Below the pieces are notes generated by a model. The model did not search any database. It was not told where the DNA came from and worked only from the letters and a program-made list of their open reading frames with translations. A stretch of 64,000 nt of DNA from Candidatus Bathyarchaeota archaeon (GTDB taxonomy: Archaea > Thermoproteota > Bathyarchaeia > Bathyarchaeales > Bathycorpusculaceae), in NCBI GenBank assembly GCA_963733095.1, contig CAVTBV010000006.1, positions 64,001 to 128,000 on the forward strand, written 5' to 3'. This document shows, one piece after another, positions 30,935 to 41,000 of the stretch; position 1 is the stretch's first letter; each line of letters starts with the position of its first letter. The translations under genes and the position numbers were made by a program.

Positions 30935-31555
30935 TTGTCGATTGACCCAGAAAAAATGAAAACTATGATTGCCTTCAAAAAACGTCTTGAAGACCGGCTG
31001 GAAAAATTAAGCGCTGAAACTGCAGAGGTCCAAGCAACCCTTGATACCGTTAACCAGATTCTGCTCGAAAAAGGCTTCAAACGCGGCGACATAAAAGAAG
31101 TGTCAGTTTCTCCGATACCTGTTCCCAAAGAAGTGGTCTTGCCCAAACACGAACCCGAACCACCCACACCTGTACCTACTCAGCAACACACGGAACCTGA
31201 AAGCGTCATACCCCTAAAAACCATGGCGGAAGAACCCTTGGCACTCATGTACTTTGACAAACAAACCATACATGTAATGCCTGATGAAAGCAAAAACTTC
31301 AGCGTAAACACGCCGCCATTCACAAATTTCCTTGTTGAGAAGGTTTTCTCTAAGATGCAGGAAAAAGACAAAGAACTGGTTAGACTGGGGCAGATTGGGA
31401 CTGATAAAATGTTCTCTTACAACATCGTTCGCGAAGGTGATTTGATACGCGAAATAATCATCAAGAATGTCGATGATGAGCGACTCAAGGAGCTTAAATC
31501 GAGCATCCGCTGGACTTTCGAGAAAATGTATGAAAAAATGAAAATTAGCAGCTAA
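30935..31555 (+). CDS. hypothetical protein (N-terminal coiled coil, Pro-rich linker)
   Basis: 206-aa ORF directly downstream of lig. Confidence 0.8.
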   Translation: MSIDPEKMKTMIAFKKRLEDRLEKLSAETAEVQATLDTVNQILLEKGFKRGDIKEVSVSPIPVPKEVVLPKHEPEPPTPVPTQQHTEPESVIPLKTMAEEPLALMYFDKQTIHVMPDESKNFSVNTPPFTNFLVEKVFSKMQEKDKELVRLGQIGTDKMFSYNIVREGDLIREIIIKNVDDERLKELKSSIRWTFEKMYEKMKISS

Positions 31556-31556
31556 G

Positions 31557-31883
31557 CTACATTGAATGTTTTTGCAGGCTATCAGTTATTCTGTTTTTCG
31601 GGCATAAACCTACGAGTCTTTCTGCTTCTTTGCCGTCCTTGAAAATTATCATAGTTGGGATGCTGAAGACTTGGAATTTTTCTGCTGTAGCAGGGTTCTC
31701 GTCAACGTCGAGTTTGCCGATTAAAACTTTGCCGCTGTATTCTTTGGCTAATTCCACGATTGTTGGAGCTAAGGCTCTACAGGGACCACACCAGTTCGCC
31801 CAGAAATCCACAAAAACCAACTTGTTATTCTTGATTGTTTCTTCAAAATTTGTGTCGGTTACATGAAAAGGTTCAGTGCTCAT
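31557..31883 (-). CDS. trxA: thioredoxin
   Basis: DFWANWCGPC and SIPT motifs. Confidence 0.97.
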   Translation of the reverse strand: MSTEPFHVTDTNFEETIKNNKLVFVDFWANWCGPCRALAPTIVELAKEYSGKVLIGKLDVDENPATAEKFQVFSIPTMIIFKDGKEAERLVGLCPKNRITDSLQKHSM

Positions 31884-32017
31884 TTGTTACATTCTCCATT
31901 TATTGACTATACTATTTTTAGGCTTGTTTGATATAAACCGTTCGCGACGACCGAAAAGTCATTGACAAAGCTCAATTGTCAAAACAAAGTCTCGAACTCA
32001 CCAAAGAATTCTTTGGT

Positions 32018-32329
32018 TTATCGATTAGTTTTTCTTTCGTGGTCTTTTTTTTGTTTAGTCCATTCCTGATGTTTATGGAGTAGGTTGCGGAGTTGCTGGT
32101 TTATGAAGTCGTCTGCGCTGAGAAATTCTCTGCCTAAATCGGTTAATGCTTCTTGGATTTTATCGTACTCGTCTTTGGGGACTTCGACGCATGTGTATTG
32201 TTCTTTTATTGAGCCGAGTTATTTTCGAAGGGCGTCGCGGATGAATTCTTCCCGGCTGGTGTAGCCAAGTTGTCGGTTGGTTTCGATTAGGTTTTGGGTT
32301 ATCTTTAAGAGTTCAGGTGGGAGTGACAA
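32018..32329 (-). pseudogene. tandem ribbon-helix-helix protein with in-frame stop
   Basis: LSLPPELL...GYTSREEFIRDALRK*...VEVPKDEYDKI...SADDFINQQLR; TAA at 32219-32221. Confidence 0.65.
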
Positions 32330-32524
32330 TAGACTAAAAACACTTCCGAGAAATAGAAACCAAATACGGGAGAGAAAAAAGAAGCACCTTCAAAGATCGT
32401 CTAATCATTATAGGCTTAAAAGAATACATAAAAACAAATAATAAGAAACAGTGAGAGCTACCGAATCGATGGCAACTATGTTACCAGTGACCACAGTAGC
32501 CCTAATCCATCCGTCTGCCGGACC

Positions 32525-32904
32525 CTAATCTATATGCCATCTTTTCGCAACTTTCACAATCAAGAAAATAATGAAAGCAACGATCAAGAACGTAATCAAC
32601 GCAACTAAGAAGTCACCGATACCGAAGGACTGACTCAATACCCTCGCTGAATATGTGGCTAAATTAGATAAGTTAGGTATTGCTAAACCTAAGAGCGGAA
32701 TGATGAAATCTTTCACAAGTGCTTGAACCAAGATTCCAGCGTACAAAGCCAAGAGAATGCAGCAGCTAAGCCAAGAATTTTGTATTTTGACAAAAAGTCT
32801 TTGAATTCATTCCATAAACCTTTGGGCGGTTGTATAGGTGGTGCTTTTTCCAAAGATTCGCGGATTTTCCTTAACTCTACTAACATTTCGTCTTCTTTAC
32901 TCAA
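32525..32904 (-). pseudogene. mscL: large-conductance mechanosensitive channel, frameshifted
   Basis: LWNEFKDFL.KY.ILGLAAAF in one frame continues as LALY...LVKDFIIP...GDFLVALITFLIVAFIIF in another; one base is missing near 32752. Confidence 0.85.
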
Positions 32905-33073
32905 TCAAAACCCCTGACAGTAAGTTTCACCACTAAGCTTAAGAATAAATCGCTCCAACATTTTGACATGTGATTGATTGCTTACTCCCACAAAACCATA
33001 TACTCAACTAAAAGGTTGAGACCTTGAACCTCAAGCACCTTAATTCTTAAACAAAAATTTTGGTCTTCCAATT

Positions 33074-34075
33074 ATGAATCGCAAGGAACTTTACTGGATT
33101 TTCAAGACATCCTATCACGGTTGGTTAGAAGATAATGCCACCCTCCGGGCAGCAGCACTTACATTTTTCATAATCTTACCCTTACCAACGCTGTTGCTTA
33201 TTGTGATAGCAATTTTTGCGGCGTTTTTCGGTCAAAGCCAAGCCATCCAAATACTTGTGACTCAAATTTCTGCGGTTGGGGGACCTGCAGTGGCAGAATT
33301 ATTTAGGCAGCTCCTTTCTAATGCCTCTTCACCTTTCACTTCGGCCTGGACCGCTGTTGTCGTGGTTGGTTTTTCTATTGGCGGTGCGATTGGAGCTTTT
33401 TCAGTTTTGCGGGACGCGATGGATTCTATTTGGGAAGTTAGGGTACCCAAAGGGAGGTCTTTATGGAAAAGAGTTAGGCAGACAATCGGACCGTTTGTTC
33501 TTGTTTCTGCGCTCGGCTTAATAGTCATAGTTTGGACCGCGATTGCCGGCAGTTTGTTTAGCCTGATTAAGTGGTATTCAATAAATGGAACTCTAACCAT
33601 AATTGTCATAGCAATAGCTCAAGTTGTCTTATCGTTCGCAGTAGCAACATTGCTCTTAGCAATAATCTACAAAATGATTCCCGAGGCAAAAGTTCACTGG
33701 CGCGATGTTGTCGTGGCATCGGTCACAACAGGTATCGTATTTACCTTGACGAACTACATTTTTGGGACATACATTCAGACCTTCACAGTTACCACACTCA
33801 TCGGAACCGCAGGTGCATTGGTTATTATTCTACTTTGGATTTTTGTTCTAAATCAAATAGTGCTCTTCGGAGCTGAACTCTCCAAAGTCTACGCCACAAA
33901 TGCAGGGAAACATGCAAGGCAATATTTGCCTGCAACCTTCGAGAAAATTGTCGAACCCCTTGAGAAAGCAGGTAAGTTAATCGAACAAGCAACAAAGAAT
34001 GAATTTGAAACCGAAGAAAAACCCATTGGTTCAATTGTGGAAAAAAAGAAGGAGCAAGAGAAACCCGAGCAATAA
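33074..34075 (+). CDS. YihY/BrkB family membrane protein
   Basis: D.ATLRAAALTFF...P.LL, AMDSIW and IVLFGAEL motifs; six TM helices. Confidence 0.9.
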   Translation: MNRKELYWIFKTSYHGWLEDNATLRAAALTFFIILPLPTLLLIVIAIFAAFFGQSQAIQILVTQISAVGGPAVAELFRQLLSNASSPFTSAWTAVVVVGFSIGGAIGAFSVLRDAMDSIWEVRVPKGRSLWKRVRQTIGPFVLVSALGLIVIVWTAIAGSLFSLIKWYSINGTLTIIVIAIAQVVLSFAVATLLLAIIYKMIPEAKVHWRDVVVASVTTGIVFTLTNYIFGTYIQTFTVTTLIGTAGALVIILLWIFVLNQIVLFGAELSKVYATNAGKHARQYLPATFEKIVEPLEKAGKLIEQATKNEFETEEKPIGSIVEKKKEQEKPEQ

Positions 34076-34163
34076 ATACTCAAGCCTGCAAGTCTGAGTA
34101 TGTTTTTTGCGACACACAAATTGTTAATACCAAATTTTGTCTTATCGTGTTAGCGGGTTGTCT

Positions 34164-34454
34164 ATGAGGCGCTCCAAACTTGAAATGGAAGTCGATATTC
34201 TAAAGGTTCTGGCGAAAAATGGGCCTTTGCAGCTAACACACATCATGCATCAAGCAAACGTTAGTGTCAATTTGCTGAAAGAATACGTCGCTTTTTTAAT
34301 GAAACAAGGTTTGATTGAAGAAGTGGCTATCGAGAAGAAAAACGTAGTTTACGCAAATACTAATCGTGGAACCGCCGTCCTTAGGTTCTTTGTAGTATTG
34401 GATACGTCCCTTATAGTCAAAGAAGAAGGCAAATTCTTGCCTGTCCCTTACTAA
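34164..34454 (+). CDS. winged-helix DNA-binding protein
   Basis: MRRSKLE...DIL...LTHIM..ANV...L...GLI...T.RG. Confidence 0.85.
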   Translation: MRRSKLEMEVDILKVLAKNGPLQLTHIMHQANVSVNLLKEYVAFLMKQGLIEEVAIEKKNVVYANTNRGTAVLRFFVVLDTSLIVKEEGKFLPVPY

Positions 34455-34462
34455 GTCTAGCT

Positions 34463-34855
34463 TTAATCAATTCGAAATACTCCTGTTCCACCGAATATTC
34501 CGTTCTCATCGTCTAAACCAAAATAAATACATATCCTTTGTCCTTTATCGGTTATAAAATATAATGTTTTGTTTTCGAAGTTTTTTTCTCGGATAAGGTC
34601 TAACCTGATGAGGAAATTGAGGAATTCGTTTGGGGCGATTGCGTTGATTTGAGCTTTGCGCATTATTTGTTGTTGTGTTATAGCGTCGCCATTGTCTAGA
34701 ACTTTGATGATGGCGAGGTACATCTCCATTCTGGAAAGCACTTGGTTTTTCGTCCCTTTCATGGATAAAAATTGAGACTCGACGATTATTAAGGCTTTCG
34801 ACTCAAGTCTGTTATCACGAGAAACGTCTAAAGTGTTCTCCCCTAAACAAAACAT
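34463..34855 (-). CDS. winged-helix DNA-binding protein (start uncertain)
   Basis: SRMEMYLAII...IMRKAQIN...YFITDKG. Confidence 0.75.
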   Translation of the reverse strand: MFCLGENTLDVSRDNRLESKALIIVESQFLSMKGTKNQVLSRMEMYLAIIKVLDNGDAITQQQIMRKAQINAIAPNEFLNFLIRLDLIREKNFENKTLYFITDKGQRICIYFGLDDENGIFGGTGVFRID

Positions 34856-34940
34856 ACCGTCAACTTTTGATCAAAAAAGTAATTTTCCACCGTAAAAAGT
34901 TTAAAAGTTCCTCCAAGATATTTTCAAACCGTAATCTTTT

Positions 34941-35269
34941 ATGAAAAAAATCTTCTCACTCATCATCATAATTTCATGCCTTTACTTAGGCTCCATTAAC
35001 ACAGTTTTTGGTGAAATGATATATCCTCCAACGACATGGATGTCTACTATGACCAAGTCACTGAAATGATGGTACAGTGGCGCCAAGAAAGCCTTCAGAC
35101 AAGCGGCCCTCTTCAGACCAATTGCACACAGGTGATGAAAATGATTTCATCTAATGTTTGGACAATTCCTGAATTCTCACCGTTTAATGTCGTCACAGCA
35201 TTCATTATAGGCGGAGTAGTCTCAGCGGTAATTTTCGGAGTAGCTAAATTCAAGAGGGCTTCTGTATAA
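34941..35269 (+). pseudogene. internally deleted secreted protein with PEF-CTERM-like tail
   Basis: A signal peptide (MKKIFSLIIIISCLYLG) is joined out of frame to ...WTIPEFSPF-TM-KFKR. Confidence 0.55.
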
Positions 35270-35313
35270 AAATGAAGTCTAAGTTTAGGTTGAAACGTTA
35301 GATTAAGCCTAAC

Positions 35314-35658
35314 TTAGGGGTTATTTTTCCCAAAAGTCTGTGGATCAATCTGCTTGCGTTTGCCGTCTTTATCTATTACGTACATGTGGAAGTCGTATTC
35401 GCTGCAGTAATTCTTGAATTCCATGTATCTTTGCATGTTGCCCTCAAACATTTCTGGGGTTGCTATTTCACAAATCCTTGTCACGCAGCCTTTCTTTTCT
35501 GCTTGAACATCAGGACGGTAACCCTTCGCAACCTCAGATGGTTTCTCGTAGCCCGCCACGTCAGCTTTAACTAACCAGTTATCTCGTTTCAAATCTTCAG
35601 CAACAGCTTTAACACACGCGTCATGGGTCTCTTCAGATTTACTTTTTTTCTCAGTCAT
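35314..35658 (-). CDS. hypothetical protein, PD-(D/E)XK-fold-like
   Basis: H...V...L....W.VKAD...RPDVQAEK.....CEI.T pattern. Confidence 0.6.
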   Translation of the reverse strand: MTEKKSKSEETHDACVKAVAEDLKRDNWLVKADVAGYEKPSEVAKGYRPDVQAEKKGCVTRICEIATPEMFEGNMQRYMEFKNYCSEYDFHMYVIDKDGKRKQIDPQTFGKNNP

Positions 35659-35882
35659 ACATTGAACCTCATATTCATTTTTGGTTTGTTCTACTGTTTT
35701 TTCTGATTCTTTTAACGCCTTGTTATTCCAGCATGCCCAAGACATGCGAATGTAAAACAGATAGCTCAGACATTTTCTTATTTGAGGTATCTTTTACTCA
35801 TAAAAGGCGCCTAATTATAAACTATTTTTCGGGCAAATAAAACTTTTTGGAGCTCTCAGCGTCCAATCAAACTTTGCTAAAA

Positions 35883-36122
35883 TTATGCTAAGGGTTGTTT
35901 GCTGGCTAAGTTGAAAATTTGGCCAATTAGGAACTGCTCAGCGCTCAAATGCTTAGTCGCATGATTCTTTAATGCCACTGACATGGCTGCAACATCTGGG
36001 ACTAACAAAATTTTTGCGCCGCAAGAACATTTCACAAGGGGCATTTTTGTTTTGAACTTTTCATTATTTTCCCAAGTGAATGATTTTTCGGATTTTAATT
36101 TAGTTCCTTGAATTTTCTTCAT
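35883..36122 (-). CDS. small CxC...H-xxx-H zinc-binding protein
   Basis: VKCSCGAKILLVPD...NHATKH. Confidence 0.6.
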   Translation of the reverse strand: MKKIQGTKLKSEKSFTWENNEKFKTKMPLVKCSCGAKILLVPDVAAMSVALKNHATKHLSAEQFLIGQIFNLASKQPLA

Positions 36123-36352
36123 GAGTCAAGCTTCCGATTAAAATAAGGCGAACAGTTATCTCTAAATGCTTTAGCGCTGGCTCAACATAAGTATTTGTTG
36201 TAGGTACAATGCAGTCACAATACAAAAGATTTGTAAACATAGTGTTTACCAACAAGTTTTCTGTAATTTTATGTTTTTTCTTAAAGGTAGTGAATTTGTT
36301 TGGAAAATTTCATATGAGAGTTAATCTGATAAACTATCGAATGTGCCCTGAC

Positions 36353-36808
36353 ATGACACAAATTGAACTGGATACTATCGATAGACGTTTACTGGAGTTT
36401 TTGCAGCTTGATGCAAGAGTCTCGTTTGCTGACCTTAGCCGCAAATTAGACGTTGCCGAGGCCACTGTCCGCTTTAGAGTTAAGCGGCTTGTGGACAAAG
36501 GTGTAATTTCCCGGTTTGCTGCTTTGCTTGACCCTGCTAAAGTTGGTTTTGGTGTGAGTGGAGCGATTTTGCTTAAAATTGACCCTGCCTATCTGGAGGC
36601 GGCATGCAAGGCGCTGGTGGCTTTTGATGAGACACTGTACTTGTTCCAGAGCACGGGTGAGTATGATGTGGTTTCGGTTATCTTGGCTCGCGACATGGTT
36701 CATCTAAACGACTTGGTTAAACGCACTAAGATGATTCCCGGTGTGAAAGATGCACGAGTGTCGGTGACGACAAGGTTTTTGAAGTTTGATCCTACTATAA
36801 AGTTTTAA
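36353..36808 (+). CDS. Lrp/AsnC family transcriptional regulator
   Basis: LDTIDRRLL..LQLDAR...ATVRFRVKRL...TGEYD. Confidence 0.93.
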   Translation: MTQIELDTIDRRLLEFLQLDARVSFADLSRKLDVAEATVRFRVKRLVDKGVISRFAALLDPAKVGFGVSGAILLKIDPAYLEAACKALVAFDETLYLFQSTGEYDVVSVILARDMVHLNDLVKRTKMIPGVKDARVSVTTRFLKFDPTIKF

Positions 36809-36816
36809 TTCCGTTC

Positions 36817-36868
36817 GTGTTGCGGAATACGCAACACCTGTGCATGTCAGCTGAGTTTTTCCGCAACA
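36817..36868. promoter_or_regulatory. palindrome plus extra half-site upstream of ahbA (putative operator)
   Basis: GTGTTGCG-GAATA-CGCAACAC (36817-36837) and TTCCGCAACA (36859-36868). Confidence 0.45.
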
Positions 36869-36956
36869 TTAATACGTCGTTCTAACATGACAGTAACCTC
36901 AATCGGTTACCCTTTCCAATGGGTACCTGCCAGAAGTAAACTTTGCTTTAGGATGG

Positions 36957-37445
36957 TTGAAATTGGTGAGTGAAAACTCTAAAAACTTCGATGAAATTGA
37001 CCGTAAAATAGTGCAAATCCTCCAAGACGACTTCCCAATAGTTGAGCGTCCATGGAAAGATGTAGGTGACAAACTCAACCTCTCAGAAGACGACGTAATA
37101 AACCGCTTAAAACGCCTCAACGAACAAGGCATTGCCCGAAAAATAGGTTCCATAGTGGACGCCTCAAAGCTTGGGTTAACAGCTGCAACTTTAGTTGCGA
37201 TGAAAGTGCCAAAAAACAAAGTTTCTGAAGTAGCCAGCATCATCAACTCATATGGCACCATCTCGCACAATTATGAACGTGAACACGAATACAACGTGTG
37301 GTTCACCATAACCGCTTCCAACAACGATGAGTTAACTATAATACTTGAAGACATCAGGCAAAAAACAGGAATCAGCCCCGGCGACATCCTCAACCTACCC
37401 ACCAAAAACCGCTTCAAAATAAACGTCCGTTTCCAACTGACTTAA
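36957..37445 (+). CDS. ahbA: siroheme decarboxylase subunit alpha
   Basis: LQDDFPIVERP...TLVAMKVP...ISHNYEREHEYNVWFT. Confidence 0.9.
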   Translation: MKLVSENSKNFDEIDRKIVQILQDDFPIVERPWKDVGDKLNLSEDDVINRLKRLNEQGIARKIGSIVDASKLGLTAATLVAMKVPKNKVSEVASIINSYGTISHNYEREHEYNVWFTITASNNDELTIILEDIRQKTGISPGDILNLPTKNRFKINVRFQLT

Positions 37446-37446
37446 G

Positions 37447-37989
37447 GTGACTGTGATGGACGAAATTGACCGCAAAATCCTGTCAGAAACCAACAAAGGT
37501 CTCCTTTTAACCCCTGAACCCTTCAACCAAATCGCAGCCCAAATAGGTATAACAACCCAAGAAGTTATTGCTCGAATAGTCAAACTGCAGGAAAACGGAG
37601 TTATTAGGCGGTTTGGCGCTTCAATCAAACCTAATGACATTGGTTTTTCAGCAAACGCCTTAGTCGCGTGGAAGGTGCCTGAAAACCGCGTTCAAGACGT
37701 CGGCTCCCGTTTATCTAAATTCGGTGAAGTTACACATTGCTACGAACGCACACCTGTTGTTGGCAAATGGGAATATAACCTCTACACCGTTATCCATGCA
37801 CGAGAACGCGGAGCAGTCGAGAAGTTAGTTAAGAACCTTTCAGAGGCAATTGCCGTGAGTGATTACTTGATTTTGTACAGCACAAGAGACCTTAAAAAAA
37901 CATTAGCCCACTCACCCTCAACCATCCTGTTTCCAGAAGAAACTGCTGTTGTAGCATCAGAAAATCTTAAGGAGACAAGAAAAATTTGA
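37447..37989 (+). CDS. ahbB: siroheme decarboxylase subunit beta
   Basis: IRRFGA...NALVAWKV...VTHCYER...WEYNLYTVIH...STRDLKKT. Confidence 0.9.
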   Translation: MTVMDEIDRKILSETNKGLLLTPEPFNQIAAQIGITTQEVIARIVKLQENGVIRRFGASIKPNDIGFSANALVAWKVPENRVQDVGSRLSKFGEVTHCYERTPVVGKWEYNLYTVIHARERGAVEKLVKNLSEAIAVSDYLILYSTRDLKKTLAHSPSTILFPEETAVVASENLKETRKI

Positions 37990-39134
37990 TTAACATTACT
38001 AAACTTTGGTGCGGCACTCCCGGCTCTATGGACCAGCTGCGTTATGGCAGCGCAGTGCATCAGAAACCCGTCGTCGTTTGGAATACCTCACGAAGATGCA
38101 ACCTGAACTGCGTACATTGTTACTCTAAATCCGAAAACAAACTCTATCCAAACGAATTAACCACAGCCGAAGCAAAAGCCTTTGTAGAGGACATTGCAGA
38201 ATTCGGCGTTCCAGTGCTCCTTTTCTCAGGCGGTGAACCCTTGATGAGAAGTGACCTCTTCGAAATTGCCAAACTTGCAAGCAACAAACGTATACGCGCG
38301 GTCCTATCCACAAACGGGACCCTCATCACTGAAACCGCAGCTAAACAACTAAAAACCGCAGGTTTCTCCTACGTCGGCGTCAGCTTAGATGGCATCGGAG
38401 AAACTAACAATAAATTCCGAGGCAAAGAAAACGCCTTCGAAGCCGCAGTTGCAGGAATCCGAAACTGCCTAAACGCAGGAGTTAAACCCGGGTTACGCTT
38501 CACCGTCACCAAACACAACGTCAAAGACCTGCCTGAGATTTTCGATTTTATAGAAGCTGAAAAAATCCCTCGTGCCTGCTTCTACCACTTAGCCTACGTC
38601 GGAAGAGGAAGCGCCATAGCAAAGGACGACCTCACACATGAGCAAACACGAGATTTTATGGATTATATTTTGGCACAAACCGAGGCGTTCCATAAAAAGG
38701 GAGTGGGCACGGAAATCTTGACGGTTGATAACCATGCTGATGGGGCCTATCTTTACTTGAAACTTAAACAGAAAGACCCTTATAGAGCTGAGGAGGTTTT
38801 GCGGCTTTTGAGGTTGAACAAGGGCAATAGCTCTGGCAGGGGTATTGGCTGTGTAGATTCTAACGGGTTTGTGCATCCTGACCAGTTCTGGCGGCATTAC
38901 TCCCTTGGCAACATACGAGAACGGCGATTCAGCGAAATCTGGACCGACAACAATGAGCCCCTTCTCCAAGCGTTGCGCAACCGAAAAGACCATCTCGGCG
39001 GAAAATGTAGCCAATGCCGATTCCTCGAAGTATGCAATGGGAACCTCCGTGTTCGTGCCGAAGCCATTTACAGCGACATTTGGGCGTCTGACCCCGCATG
39101 CTATCTAACCCAGCAGGAAACCGCGCCCCTATAG
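37986..39134 (+). CDS. ahbC: 12,18-didecarboxysiroheme deacetylase (radical SAM/SPASM)
   Basis: MINITKLWCG...KPVVVWN...CNLNCVHC, LTVDNHADG, CNGNLRVRA..., DPACY. Confidence 0.9.
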   Translation: MINITKLWCGTPGSMDQLRYGSAVHQKPVVVWNTSRRCNLNCVHCYSKSENKLYPNELTTAEAKAFVEDIAEFGVPVLLFSGGEPLMRSDLFEIAKLASNKRIRAVLSTNGTLITETAAKQLKTAGFSYVGVSLDGIGETNNKFRGKENAFEAAVAGIRNCLNAGVKPGLRFTVTKHNVKDLPEIFDFIEAEKIPRACFYHLAYVGRGSAIAKDDLTHEQTRDFMDYILAQTEAFHKKGVGTEILTVDNHADGAYLYLKLKQKDPYRAEEVLRLLRLNKGNSSGRGIGCVDSNGFVHPDQFWRHYSLGNIRERRFSEIWTDNNEPLLQALRNRKDHLGGKCSQCRFLEVCNGNLRVRAEAIYSDIWASDPACYLTQQETAPL

Positions 39135-39145
39135 GACAGACAAAA

Positions 39146-40222
39146 ATGACTAAACCAGAAAAGCATAACTCCGCTCAAACTCTTGCTTTGGCGCCCAACG
39201 TTATAGCCTGGGAATCTACCCGAGCCTGCAACTTTGCCTGCGTCCACTGTCGCGCCCAAGCCCAAAGGCTACCTGACCCAAACCAACTCACCACCCAAGA
39301 AGCTCTCAACTTAATGGACCAAATCGCTGAGTTCTGCAGACCAGTCTTAATCATCAGCGGCGGCGACCCCCTGCAGAGAAACGACATTTTCGAAATCGCC
39401 TCGTACGCTTCAAGCCGCGGTATCCGAGTTGTTATGTCTCCCAGCGGCAGCGACATCACGCTTGATATCATTCAAAAAATGAAGACTTCCGGAGTGAAAA
39501 TGATTTCAATTAGCTTAGATGGCTCCTCGCCTGAGATTCACGATAAATTCCGTCGGGTCCAGGGCGCTTTTGAGTTGGCTATGAAGAATATGTCTTTAGC
39601 ACGTCAGGGTCATTTGGCTTTCCGAGTTAACACAACTGTTACCCAGCATAACATCAGTGACCTTTCGGGTATCCTCAAGTTGGCGGCTGAAGTTGGTGCT
39701 AAAGAATGGGATGTGTTCATGCTGGTGCCCACGGGAAGAGGCAAAGTGGATATGGAAATCTCGCCCAGCCAGTACGAGCGGACGCTGCAGTACATCTACA
39801 ATGCCAGCCGCACCTCACCGATTCCCATTAAAATGACCTGCGCACCCCATTATATGCGCGTAATTGCCCAGCAGAATAAACATGAACCTTCTCAACCCTT
39901 AGCTGCGGGGCGAGGGCACAGTGGCGGAAGAGGCTGCATGTCAGGCAACGGTTTCTGTTTCATTTCGCATGTTGGAGACGTTTTCGGCTGTGGTTTCCTT
40001 CCTATCCCTGCGGGTAACATTCGGCAGCAAACCTTCAAACAAATCTACCAACAATCCCCACTTTTTCTAGAGTTGCGCAATCATAACTTATTGAAGGGCA
40101 AATGTGGGGCATGCGAATACAAAACAACCTGCGGCGGGTGCCGTGCAAGAGCTTTATCCGTTCATAAAAGCTACTTGGAAGAGGAGCCCTACTGCATCTT
40201 TACACCTAAAAAGCAAGCCTAA
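39146..40222 (+). CDS. ahbD: AdoMet-dependent heme synthase (radical SAM/SPASM)
   Basis: AWESTRACNFACVHCRA, FMLVPTGRG, TCAPHY.R, CGGCRARA; follows ahbABC. Confidence 0.88.
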   Translation: MTKPEKHNSAQTLALAPNVIAWESTRACNFACVHCRAQAQRLPDPNQLTTQEALNLMDQIAEFCRPVLIISGGDPLQRNDIFEIASYASSRGIRVVMSPSGSDITLDIIQKMKTSGVKMISISLDGSSPEIHDKFRRVQGAFELAMKNMSLARQGHLAFRVNTTVTQHNISDLSGILKLAAEVGAKEWDVFMLVPTGRGKVDMEISPSQYERTLQYIYNASRTSPIPIKMTCAPHYMRVIAQQNKHEPSQPLAAGRGHSGGRGCMSGNGFCFISHVGDVFGCGFLPIPAGNIRQQTFKQIYQQSPLFLELRNHNLLKGKCGACEYKTTCGGCRARALSVHKSYLEEEPYCIFTPKKQA

Positions 40223-40334
40223 CCTTCCCCTTTGGTTTCAACATAGAACAACTTTTGGATCCAAATAGTCTCCAAATATAAGTTAAAATCTCGACAAGCA
40301 AACTTGGTAAGGAAGCCGATTGGAGGTGAGATGA

Positions 40335-40412
40335 TGGTGGGCCGAGGCGGATTTGAACTGCCGACCTTTCGATTATCAGTCGAACGCTCCAGCCAAGCTG
40401 AGCTACCGGCCC
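40335..40412 (-). tRNA. tRNA-Ile(GAT) with encoded CCA
   Basis: GGGCCGG...TTCGA-CTGATAA-TCGAA...GTTCAAATC...TCGGCCC-ACCA; full cloverleaf. Confidence 0.96.
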
Positions 40413-40509
40413 CCATTTTTTGAGGTGACACAAATCTAATATTATGTGGGTTTATAAGAATTGCCGTAAATCTTTTAATGCAACTCCATCATTGAGTTGT
40501 AGGGTTTAG

Positions 40510-40529
40510 GGGTTCGTAGCCTAGCACGG
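40510..40529 (+). repeat. left att site: GGGTTCGTAGCCTAGCACGG (tRNA-Arg nt 1-20)
   Basis: Identical to 58936-58955; the sequences diverge on both sides. Confidence 0.93.
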
Positions 40530-40588
40530 CATATATCGCTGCTGGTGATATCACCTTTAAATTCTCTACCTACAAAATGCATCTTCCC

Positions 40589-40615
40589 TTTTTCTTTTTT
40601 TGGCTTATTTTTTTT
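40589..40615 (+). terminator. oligo-T archaeal terminator just inside the left att site
   Basis: T5-C-T7-GGCTTA-T8. Confidence 0.5.
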
Positions 40616-40673
40616 GGGTCTGCATATCTCATCACTGTTTACCCTCTTTCTTCCTACCAGTGGAGGCTCTTGA

Positions 40674-41000
40674 TTGACTCAGGACAACGATTTTGTTATT
40701 GTACCTTTTAAAAGCAGAAAGCGTCTTTTCCGCTCAGATAAGGGTAAGCGGCATAACTATCCCAAAGAACGCAAGTTTTGGAATTTGATGTGTCATGGAC
40801 ATTCTGGCTCTAATTTAGGTTTTAACCCAACAGGCGCCAATAGTGCTGTCATGGACAATGATAAAACGTTCAAGCATTCGACTGAGCTGCGTGAGTATTG
40901 GCAGCTTGAGAAGCGCAAGCAAAGAAACCAAGCGAGGAGCGTCAAGGAAGCTAAAACCGAACAAATCAGGAAACTGGGAGGCGGTGAGCGACTTGTTTGA
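40674..41000 (+). CDS. basic hypothetical protein (element)
   Basis: GGAGG upstream; RSDKGKRH motif; K/R rich. Confidence 0.65.
   Translation: MTQDNDFVIVPFKSRKRLFRSDKGKRHNYPKERKFWNLMCHGHSGSNLGFNPTGANSAVMDNDKTFKHSTELREYWQLEKRKQRNQARSVKEAKTEQIRKLGGGERLV

Noticed and set aside
40335-40412. tRNA-Ile as the element's integration target
   Set aside because: No duplicate of tRNA-Ile sequence was found; the direct repeat matches tRNA-Arg.
40206-40433. ORFs 40206-40433 and 40219-40431
   Set aside because: They overlap tRNA-Ile and are spurious translations.
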